Shown here: positions 1 to 6,753 of the stretch, piece by piece
Layout: each line of letters starts with the position of its first letter
How positions within the stretch are numbered: the first letter of the stretch is position 1
Assembly: GCA_036735505.1 (NCBI GenBank)
Contig: DAINOF010000001.1
Coordinates: 4,559 to 38,328, forward strand
From: Paracoccaceae bacterium
Lineage (GTDB): Bacteria; Pseudomonadota; Alphaproteobacteria; Rhodobacterales; Rhodobacteraceae
Direction: 5' to 3'
Length of the DNA: 33,770 bases
The notes under the pieces: generated by a model
The model's database searches: none
What the model was told of the DNA's origin: nothing
The model's input: only the letters and a program-made list of their open reading frames with translations
Position numbers and translations under genes: made by a program

Positions 1-105
1 CTTGGGGATGAGCACATAGGCGATGGCCCTGGCCACGAGGATGAAGACGAGCGTCATGGCCACCACCGGAGCGCGCGAGAAGGCCGCCTCGATCAGGGCG
101 TTCAC
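1..105 (-). CDS. RND (AcrB-like) efflux permease, N-terminal 35 codons only; gene runs off the window
   Basis: Reverse-strand GTG at 105 gives VNALIEAAFSRAPVVAMTLVFILVARAIAYVLIPK, which resembles the first TM helix of AcrB-family pumps. The GTGA overlaps the stop (102-104) of the upstream membrane-fusion gene. Confidence 0.5.
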   Translation of the reverse strand, partial: MNALIEAAFSRAPVVAMTLVFILVARAIAYVLIPK

Positions 106-960
106 GGCGCATCCCCTGCAAGCTCCGGGCCGCGACGCACGCGGCCGATCTCCAGGTCGGTCTCCTCACGGGTCAGCACCTCCTCGCCTGCGCTGACGAA
201 ACCCTGCCCCACGGTGACGATGCGGGCGGTGTCCGGAAGGCCCGTGATCCAGACGCCGTCAGTCTGCGCGCGCACGATCTCGGCCGCTTGGAACGCCACC
301 CGCCCCGCCTCCGTCACCGTCTTGACGCCCAACGTGCCGGAGACATCCAGCGACAAGACCGCCGGCGAGACGAAATGCGCGCGGGCCTCGCCCGTCGGCA
401 GGCGCACCTGCGCGCTGATGCCGGCCGGGATCGCGCGGTCATCGTTGGGCACCTCCACCTCGGCCTCGACGGTCCGGGTCTCGGGGTCGGCGGCGGCGCC
501 CACGAAGACCACCCCGCCCTCGCGGGTCTGGCCGGTGATGAAGCTCACCTCCGCCCGCTGCCCCTCCTTCACCTGCGCCACCGCCTGCTGCGGAATCCGG
601 ATGAGGACCCGGACCGGATCGAGATCGACGAGCCGCGCGACCCGTGCGCCGGCCTGCACGAATTCCCCCGCCTCAACGTCAGCGTCTCGACGCGTCCCGC
701 AAACGGCGCCCGCAGCACGAGGTTGCCCAGCGCGTCCTCGGCGGCGGCGAGCATGCTGCGCGACTGCACCAGCCGGTCGACGGTGCCCACACCCCGGTCG
801 AGCAGCGTCTGCGCGTTCTCGAAATCGCGCCGCGAGCGGTCGAGTTCGGCCCGGGCCTGGTCCAGCGCCGCCTGCCGCTCGGGCGATCCGATCCGGGCGA
901 GAATGTCGCCCGCCCGCACGTCCGCGCCGCGCCGGACGCCCACTTTGGTCAGCGGCGGCG
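102..960 (-). pseudogene. RND efflux membrane-fusion (HlyD/AcrA-like) protein, frameshifted and 5'-truncated
   Basis: MFP-like sequence is split over two frames. Frame of ORF 569..943 reads ...VRAGDILARIGSPERQAALDQARAELDRSRRDFENAQTLLDRGVGTVDRLVQSRSMLAAAEDALGNLVLRAPFAGRVETL. Frame of ORF 102..1235 reads DVEAGEFVQAGARVARLVDLDPVRVLIRIPQQAVAQVKEGQRAEVSF.... The frames switch near 675-690. No lipoprotein or TM N-terminus is present, and homology stops at the IS relic near 960. Confidence 0.65.
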
Positions 961-969
961 ACCCACCGG

Positions 970-1338
970 GAGTGGTTTGCCCCCGGCCTTCTCCAGATCC
1001 TGTTCTCGATCCGCTCCGAGCGGCAGCTGATCGAGCAGATGCAGGAGGCCTGTGTCACTCCGCACGTGGCCGGGAGATCCCGATATTCAGCGATCGACAG
1101 GCGCAGCACACGGCACGAAGGCTCTGCCCTGTCCCTCAAACACCGAAAGCGGATCGACCTGCGTCGGGACAACGATCCCCCAGATCGTTGTCTGATCCTC
1201 CTCACCTTCGGTTGGGCCAAGACCGTCGGCGGCATGGCTCAGACCGTCTATCGGGGCGTCGAGCGCGTGCGCTCGCGCTGCATACTGACGATGGCCGCCA
1301 ACAACCTCGCCCGACTGCCCCGGTTGCTGGCGGCATGA
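970..1338 (+). mobile_element. IS5-family transposase relic (internally deleted, non-functional)
   Basis: The tail of ORF 214..1338 reads LLQILFSIRSERQLIEQM (conserved N-terminal IS5-type motif). It is fused directly to VTPHVAGRSRYSAIDRRSTRHEG...FGWAKTVGGMAQTVYRGVERVRSRCILTMAANNLARLPRLL (typical C-terminus). The DDE catalytic core between them is missing. Confidence 0.6.
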
Positions 1339-1495
1339 GGCCGCGAGCGCGACAGCTGGCGCGCACTCCGTTCCCGCTGACAGGCCGAGTACCCAAGGCG
1401 GCTGGTCCTGCGAAAGGGAAACCGTTCTGCCTCGGCGACTTCTTCAGCAGCCTGCAAGGGCCTGTCCGGCCCCTCAATCGGGAGAGGCCGGGCGA

Positions 1496-2320
1496 TCAGA
1501 CGAACAAGCGCAGCCGGTCAGCGACGGCGGCCGCCGTTTCCTCGTGGATTGCCGGGCCGGGAACGGCGATGGCAGTGGCCGGCCCGCCGCGGTCGCCCCA
1601 TGCCCTGTACGGCGCGCCGGTCCCGCATGCGCGAGGGCTCGTCGCGACGACGACCCCGGCGAGGCGGGACCGGATCGCGTCGATCATCTCCGCCGTGACG
1701 AAGAGCGGGTCGGAGGGCCGGTGCAGAGCGCAGGGGTCCTGCGGCTGGCGTTCGGCCATCCACAAGAGCACGACCGGCGCCGCGACGGCGTCAAGAAAGC
1801 CGGTCATGCGGGACAGCCAGTTCGACCGCAGTTCGTCGAGCACGGGCGCGAACCGCTCCGGCCCGGTCTCGACGAGGCTCTGGACCAGGTGCCGCGTGAA
1901 GGCGAACTCGGTGAAGTCGATGTCGGGGTAGAGCGCGCGCAGCTCGGGCGAGGCCCCGAGGAACCGGTCGTTCCGGCGCGGATGCACCCTGTAGAACCGG
2001 TTGCTGGAGTTCTGCGCGCCCATGGCCTGCAGCACGACCGCCCGCGCCCCCGAGCAGGCCTCGAGCACCGCGCCTTCAAGGCAAAAGACGTCGATACCGG
2101 CGTTGACCGCCCCGAAGTTCGCGACCGGAACCCCGAGATGGTCCTCGAGCAGGTCCGGATAGGGACGCGCGACATGCTTGCCGTGCGTCTCGGTTCCCCC
2201 CAGTGCGACGACATAGTGCCCGTCGCGCTGCGAATACGGTCTCCGGAAGGCGACCCTCGGGCCGCCGAACCGGAACGGAGCATCGTCAAGGCCGCCCCCG
2301 GCCAAGCCAAGATATGTCAT
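1496..2320 (-). CDS. conserved hypothetical protein (resembles a Rhodobacterales DUF6473-type family, from memory)
   Basis: ORF 1496..2371; likely start at the internal MTYLGLAGGGLDDAPFRFGGPRVAFRRPY. GC3-rich coding frame. The family assignment is recollection only. Confidence 0.55.
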   Translation of the reverse strand: MTYLGLAGGGLDDAPFRFGGPRVAFRRPYSQRDGHYVVALGGTETHGKHVARPYPDLLEDHLGVPVANFGAVNAGIDVFCLEGAVLEACSGARAVVLQAMGAQNSSNRFYRVHPRRNDRFLGASPELRALYPDIDFTEFAFTRHLVQSLVETGPERFAPVLDELRSNWLSRMTGFLDAVAAPVVLLWMAERQPQDPCALHRPSDPLFVTAEMIDAIRSRLAGVVVATSPRACGTGAPYRAWGDRGGPATAIAVPGPAIHEETAAAVADRLRLFV

Positions 2321-2477
2321 TTCCCACCCATGCTGAAGTCGTTCACACCCACGACACAGTCTTGCACCCATGGCTTACCCAAGTGCTAACCGGCGGCCGG
2401 TTTCCGGGCGCGCCTTCGCGCTTGCAACGATCCGGGGGCGGTGCATAAGGTCGCGCGGGCAGCCAAGCGAGGCAGAG

Positions 2478-3353
2478 ATGGAGATAACCCGGATCGGCGT
2501 GGTGGGCGCCGGCCAGATGGGCAACGGCATCGCCCATGTCCTGTCGCTCGCGGGCTACGAGGTTCTTCTCAACGACGTCCGGCAGGAGGCGATCGAGGCC
2601 GCGCTCGGCACGATCTCGGCCAACATGGACCGCCAGGTCAGCCGGGGCAAGATCACCGCCGAGGACAAGGCCGCCGCGCTCGCCCGGATCACGCCGACGC
2701 TGGCGCTGACCGATCTCGGCCGGACAGATCTGGTGATCGAGGCGGCGACCGAGCGGGAAACGGTCAAGCAGGCGATCTTCGCCGATCTCGTGCCGCATCT
2801 CGAACCGCACACGATCCTGACCTCGAACACCTCCTCGATCTCGATCACCCGCCTCGCCTCGCGCACCGACCGGCCCGAGAAGTTCATGGGCTTCCACTTC
2901 ATGAACCCCGTGCCCGTGATGCAGCTGGTCGAGCTGATCCGCGGGATTGCGACCGACGAGGAGACCTTCGCGGCCTGCCTCGCCGTGGTCGAGCGGATCG
3001 GCAAGACCGCCGCCTCGGCCGAGGATTTCCCGGCCTTCATCGTCAACCGCATCCTCATGCCCATGATCAACGAGGCGGTCTATACGCTCTACGAAGGCGT
3101 GGGCTCGGTCCGCTCGATCGACGAGTCGCTGAAGCTCGGCGCGAACCATCCGATGGGGCCGCTCGAGCTTGCGGACTTCATCGGGCTCGACACCTGTCTC
3201 GCCATCATGAACGTGCTGCACGACGGGCTGGCGGACACCAAGTACCGCCCCTGCCCGCTTCTGGTGAAGTACGTCGAGGCCGGCTGGCTCGGCCGGAAGA
3301 CGCAGCGCGGCTTCTACGACTATCGCGGCGAGACGCCGGTTCCCACCCGATAG
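2478..3353 (+). CDS. hbd: 3-hydroxybutyryl-CoA (3-hydroxyacyl-CoA) dehydrogenase
   Basis: MEITRIGVVGAGQMGNGIAHV Rossmann motif, and a C-terminal HPMGPLELADFIGLDTCL...GRKTQRGFYDY signature of the 3HCDH family. ATG at 2478. Confidence 0.9.
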   Translation: MEITRIGVVGAGQMGNGIAHVLSLAGYEVLLNDVRQEAIEAALGTISANMDRQVSRGKITAEDKAAALARITPTLALTDLGRTDLVIEAATERETVKQAIFADLVPHLEPHTILTSNTSSISITRLASRTDRPEKFMGFHFMNPVPVMQLVELIRGIATDEETFAACLAVVERIGKTAASAEDFPAFIVNRILMPMINEAVYTLYEGVGSVRSIDESLKLGANHPMGPLELADFIGLDTCLAIMNVLHDGLADTKYRPCPLLVKYVEAGWLGRKTQRGFYDYRGETPVPTR

Positions 3354-3483
3354 GCAAGGCAGGGCGACTTCCCTAGCGGAACGACGCGGGAGCTGCGGAC
3401 CCGCGGTCGCCGGCGCCGCGGATGACGCTTAATCTCGGGGTAACCCCCCTCGGCTATGCCCAAGCAAGTCCCTGAGACGTGAG

Positions 3484-3960
3484 GTGACCGTGCCCGCCCT
3501 GACTGCGGCAAGCTGCGATCCGTCGGACGACGGAAGGCGCGAGGACTGGACCATCGTCGTGCTTCGCCGGGATGGTGCGCCTCCGATCCGCTTTTCCGGC
3601 CGCGAGATCGTCCGGAGCCGCGACGGCGCGCTGGCCGTCGGCATCTGGCAGACGCGGACGGGCGGCTTCGTTCTCTCCCGCTCGATCGGCGACGGAACAG
3701 GCGAGGTCGCCGATCGCCACGCGACGGAGGAAGAGACGATGACCGCCCTCGAAACCTTCTGCCGCGCCATGGACACGCTTCTGGCGAGGCCGCCGGACGG
3801 ACGGCTTGCCGAGCGGCTCGAGGTCGCCGATCTCGTCGAGGAGCTGGCGATCAGGGCCGACCGGCGGCGCCGGTTCCGGATACTGGCCGGACAGGCGCTC
3901 GATACCTTCGACGCGTGGAGCGTCGGGCAGCGGGTGAAGGATGCAGGAGGCGGGACATGA
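3484..3960 (+). CDS. hypothetical protein, paralog 1 of the LRRxGxxPxxFxG family (see 6175 and 6750)
   Basis: GTG start. Shares VLRRDGAPPIRFSGREI, GIWQTRTGGFVLSRS, ALETF and ELAIRA blocks with ORFs 6750..7238 and 6175..6753. Its stop overlaps the next start (ATGA at 3957-3960). Confidence 0.6.
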   Translation: MTVPALTAASCDPSDDGRREDWTIVVLRRDGAPPIRFSGREIVRSRDGALAVGIWQTRTGGFVLSRSIGDGTGEVADRHATEEETMTALETFCRAMDTLLARPPDGRLAERLEVADLVEELAIRADRRRRFRILAGQALDTFDAWSVGQRVKDAGGGT

Positions 3961-5003
3961 GCGATCGCGACGGATACCGGCAGCGGGTGATCACCGTGCG
4001 CGGACGCGCCCGCGCACAGCTGCAGGCAATGCGGAAGGAGCGCCTCGCCAGAAAGCGCAAGCCGCTCGTCGGGCACGATGGCTGGCCGATGACGGCACAG
4101 CCGGCACCGGCGGGGGCCGGCGCATCCGAGGTGCGGGATCTGCCCGCCCCGGATGGGGGGATCCGGGCTGACCCGGATGCCGCAGCGCTTGCGGAGGACG
4201 CCGTCGCTGATTCGTCCGGAATCGCCCCGACTGCGGATGACGACTCAGAGGCAGGGACCGGCGCTCCGGACCAGCCGATCGTGCCCGCGCCGGAGGGGGA
4301 CGTCACCGTGGGACCGGATGCCGACGACCTTGATCCGCACGCGGACACGACGTTTGCGCTGCAAGGGGACGACGCCGACGCCCCGGCGGCCGAAGGCGCT
4401 CCGCCGGACGGCGTCGAGGCAGAGACCGTCGCACCGGACGATCCGCAAATGCCCGCACCAGAGGTGGCGTTCGCGGGACCCGATGCCGAGGTGCTCGACC
4501 GCGACGGGGCAGCGGCCCCTGCGCTGCAAGAGAGCGACGCCGTCGCCGCGGCACCGGAAGGCGCTTCGCCTGAGGGCAGCCTGGCGGAGACGCAGCCAGT
4601 CGAGGTCGCGGATCCGGCAGGTCCGGCCGACCTGACCGAGCCCCGGGCCGATGCTGCGCAGGAGTCGTCGGAATCGCCGGAGACGGCGCCGGCCGCGGAA
4701 GCCGCCCCCTCCGACCCGGACCACGCGGCGAAGCAGCCCGCGACGCCCGGACCTGTCGAGACAAGGCGGACGGACGAAACGGATCTTTTCGAGATCCCCG
4801 GGATCGGTTCGGGTCTTGTGTGGATGCTCAGGTCGGAAGGCGTCACGTCGTTGGCCGAACTCGCCTGCTCCGACGCCGGCGAGCTCGGCCGGCGGCTCGG
4901 CGTCGTCTCCCGTCTTCTCGACCTCGACGATCTCGTCAGGTTCGCGCGCGCGAATCAGGGGCGGCCCGACCCGTCCGGGCGTGCGGACGCGACGGCCCCG
5001 TGA
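3957..5003 (+). CDS. acidic Pro/Ala/Asp/Glu-rich protein with a basic N-terminus and a C-terminal helix-hairpin-helix-like domain
   Basis: Starts MSDRDGYRQRVITVRGRARAQLQAMRKERLARKRK, followed by about 230 aa of acidic low-complexity sequence. The C-terminus reads DLFEIPGIGSGLVWMLRSEGVTSLAELACSDAGELGRRLG (HhH-like). Translationally coupled to 3484..3960. Confidence 0.55.
   Translation: MSDRDGYRQRVITVRGRARAQLQAMRKERLARKRKPLVGHDGWPMTAQPAPAGAGASEVRDLPAPDGGIRADPDAAALAEDAVADSSGIAPTADDDSEAGTGAPDQPIVPAPEGDVTVGPDADDLDPHADTTFALQGDDADAPAAEGAPPDGVEAETVAPDDPQMPAPEVAFAGPDAEVLDRDGAAAPALQESDAVAAAPEGASPEGSLAETQPVEVADPAGPADLTEPRADAAQESSESPETAPAAEAAPSDPDHAAKQPATPGPVETRRTDETDLFEIPGIGSGLVWMLRSEGVTSLAELACSDAGELGRRLGVVSRLLDLDDLVRFARANQGRPDPSGRADATAP
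4284..4616 (+). repeat. diverged tandem duplication (~165 bp / ~55 aa x2) inside the acidic protein gene
   Basis: Unit 1 is PAPEGDVTVGPDADDLDPHADTTFALQGDDADAPAAEGAPPDGVEAETVAPDD. Unit 2 is PAPEVAFAGPDAEVLDRDGAAAPALQESDAVAAAPEGASPEGSLAETQPVEVADP. DNA similarity is also visible, e.g. gggaccggatgccgac / gggacccgatgccgag and gcgctgcaag in both units. Confidence 0.6.
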
Positions 5004-5023
5004 ACGGGCCGCGCCGGCTGCGA

Positions 5024-5167
5024 TCAGTGTCTTACAGGCTGGATCAGGAAGCGCGCGTCCGGCAGGAACGCGGACAGGAAAGTCATCATCTCGACGGCGT
5101 CGGATATCTTCCCGAAGCAGTAGACGAGGATGTCCCTGCCATCCTCGGCGACCCGAAGTTCCACCAT
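5024..5167 (-). CDS. unlisted small ORF, 47 aa, hypothetical
   Basis: Reverse strand: GGAGG (5175-5179), 7 nt spacer, ATG (5167), then MVELRVAEDGRDILVYCFGKISDAVEMMTFLSAFLPDARFLIQPVRH and TGA (5024-5026). About 39 of 47 codons end in G/C, which fits host coding bias. It falls below the ORF-track length cut-off. Confidence 0.45.
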   Translation of the reverse strand: MVELRVAEDGRDILVYCFGKISDAVEMMTFLSAFLPDARFLIQPVRH

Positions 5168-5242
5168 CCCACAGCCTCCACCCACCCGGCTTGCGTAAAA
5201 GCATCTTCATATTGGGGCCCAGACCACCCTGGCGTCAACGCT

Positions 5243-5292
5243 TCGTTCAATCGTTCCGCCTAACGATGTGGGCGTTCCGATAGCAGGAACGG
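5243..5292 (+). promoter_or_regulatory. cluster of CGTTC(C) repeats, including a perfect inverted repeat, upstream of the orf141-pyp operon
   Basis: TCGTTC at 5243-5248 and 5251-5256. CGTTCCG at 5252-5258 and 5273-5279 (21 bp apart). Inverted repeat CGTTCC-N7-GGAACG at 5273-5291, ending about 37 nt before the ATG at 5328. Confidence 0.3.
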
Positions 5293-5327
5293 ACAATGCC
5301 GAACGCCGCCGAAAGGAGCTTCTCCGC

Positions 5328-5753
5328 ATGAAGGAACTTGGGCAAATCTTCGAGGTCGAGGGGCGATACGAGTTTCGCTACGCCGACCTCAACCTCATCG
5401 TCCGCGGCGATCATCCCGAATGGGTGCTTCAGGCCGCCAGCGAGGTGCTGGGCAAGACGGCCCGCCTCGAGACCGAGAGCAAGATCGACGAGCTGTGTTC
5501 ACTCGTCGAGTTCGAGGCCGCGACCGAAACCGAGGTCGACGCTGCCAAATACGCTCTCAAGGAACGCTTCGAGATCATCCCCCAGTGCATCGTGAGCATG
5601 GGCCGGATGGACTACCGCTGGGCCGCGGAAGAAGCGCGCAGGAAACTGGACCCGGAGTTCGGCAACCAGCCGATCAAGAGAATCCACGACATGTCGCTGA
5701 CCATGAACGACTCGTTCCTCGCGAACGAGCCCGGTGTCGACCTTTCCGAATAA
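5328..5753 (+). CDS. hypothetical protein (141 aa) immediately upstream of pyp
   Basis: AAAGGAG at 5312-5318, then ATG at 5328 (MKELGQIFEVEGRYEFRYADLNLIVRGDHPEW...). No family recognised. It ends 30 nt before pyp on the same strand. Confidence 0.65.
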   Translation: MKELGQIFEVEGRYEFRYADLNLIVRGDHPEWVLQAASEVLGKTARLETESKIDELCSLVEFEAATETEVDAAKYALKERFEIIPQCIVSMGRMDYRWAAEEARRKLDPEFGNQPIKRIHDMSLTMNDSFLANEPGVDLSE

Positions 5754-5783
5754 GCTCCCACTCCAGCCATCAAGGACCATACG

Positions 5784-6158
5784 ATGGAAATCATTCCCTT
5801 CGGCAGCCAGGACGTCGACAACATCCTGAGCCGTGAACCCCAGCGCGCCGAGTACCTTCCGTTCGGGGCCGTGCTTCTCGATCGGCAGGGCACGATCGTC
5901 AAGTACAACAAGGCCGAGAGCGTCATCGCCAACCGCAACCCGGCGGATGTCATCGGGAAGAACTTCTTCAACGAGATCGCGCCCTGCGCGAAGGGCAAGC
6001 GGTTCCACGGCGAATTCCTCAAGTTCCACCAGACGGGCCAGATCAACGTGATGTTCGACTACCGCTTCGCCTACAAGGGCGCGGATGTGGGCGTGCGGAT
6101 CCACCTGAAGTCCCAGCCCGACGGCCAGTTCTGCTGGCTCTTCGTCAAGCGCGCCTGA
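5784..6158 (+). CDS. pyp: photoactive yellow protein (PAS-fold xanthopsin photoreceptor)
   Basis: The 124-aa product aligns along its full length with the Halorhodospira PYP sequence as I remember it (MEHVAFGSEDIENTL...QYNAAEGDITGRDP..VIGKNFFKDVAPC...WVFVKRV). Here: MEIIPFGSQDVDNIL...KYNKAESVIANRNPADVIGKNFFNEIAPCAKG...CWLFVKRA. The chromophore Cys codon TGC is at 5985-5987. Equivalents of Tyr42, Glu46 and Arg52 are present. Confidence 0.95.
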   Translation: MEIIPFGSQDVDNILSREPQRAEYLPFGAVLLDRQGTIVKYNKAESVIANRNPADVIGKNFFNEIAPCAKGKRFHGEFLKFHQTGQINVMFDYRFAYKGADVGVRIHLKSQPDGQFCWLFVKRA

Positions 6159-6174
6159 GGCGGGACAGCAGGCG

Positions 6175-6753
6175 ATGCAGGGCGCGGTGGCCCCCGACCA
6201 CGTGGTCACGGTCTCGGCCGAATTGCGGCACCTGCTGTCGCTCGCCGGCCTGCCGCGCAAGCCCCGCCCGGGCTCCGGACCCGACGAGGGCCCCGGCGCC
6301 GCGCCGGCCGCCGGCGACCAGACCGGGGAGTGCCCGGGCGCGGCGTCGGGTCCGCCGCGGGTCGATGTCCTGCTCCGGCGCGACGGCGGCAGGCCACTGA
6401 AACTCCGGGGCATCCTCCTCGTCGACGCAGGCGCGGAGGGGCCCTGGGGGAGCTCACGCCTGCGCGTCTTCCTTGCCGACGACGGGCGCGCCGTCGCACA
6501 GATCGCCTATCTTCCCGACGAGACGCTGCCCGCGCGCCCGGTCTTCCGCGTCGCGAGGATCGGATCGGCCGAGGACCTGCACCGTTTCGTCGCCGAGACC
6601 GAACCCGCTCTGTGCTTCGCGGCGAGCTTCCTTCTGCCCGATGACCCTGCACGACACGCAACCAAGGACCGCCTGGCCCTGCCCGACTTTCTTCCCGGGC
6701 TCATGCGGCTCCGGCGAACCTCTCCTCCCTCACGCGAAGGACTGCATCCATGA
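6175..6753 (+). CDS. hypothetical protein, paralog 2 of the LRRxGxxPxxFxG family, with a low-complexity N-terminal extension
   Basis: The core VDVLLRRDGGRPLKLRGILL...RLRVFLADDGRAVAQIAY...AEDLHRFVAET matches the other two paralogs. The N-terminal ~60 aa is Pro/Gly/Ala-rich, so the true start is uncertain. Its stop overlaps the next start (ATGA at 6750-6753). Confidence 0.5.
   Translation: MQGAVAPDHVVTVSAELRHLLSLAGLPRKPRPGSGPDEGPGAAPAAGDQTGECPGAASGPPRVDVLLRRDGGRPLKLRGILLVDAGAEGPWGSSRLRVFLADDGRAVAQIAYLPDETLPARPVFRVARIGSAEDLHRFVAETEPALCFAASFLLPDDPARHATKDRLALPDFLPGLMRLRRTSPPSREGLHP

Noticed and set aside
970-1338. An active insertion sequence marking a recent horizontal-transfer boundary
   Set aside because: Only fused N- and C-terminal fragments of the transposase remain. 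No catalytic core or inverted repeats could be identified, and the relic lies about 4 kb from the accessory cluster with housekeeping-type genes in between.
288-1931. 547-aa + strand ORF and the N-terminal half of the 377-aa - strand ORF 102..1235
   Set aside because: Both read through the MFP pseudogene, the IS relic and intergenic DNA. Only the segments described as pseudogene and relic show protein-like sequence. The rest is Arg/Pro/Ser-rich shadow sequence.
3851-4846. 331-aa Ser/Ala/Gly-rich ORF on the - strand
   Set aside because: It is the mirror frame of the acidic-protein gene. The + strand reading has translational coupling to 3484..3960 and a structured HhH C-terminus, so I prefer it. 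Neither frame is proven.
5268-5327. Upstream start (5268) for the 161-aa version of the ORF preceding pyp
   Set aside because: No SD precedes 5268. The ATG at 5328 has AAAGGAG at ideal spacing, and the extra 20 codons would overlap the repeat-rich control region.
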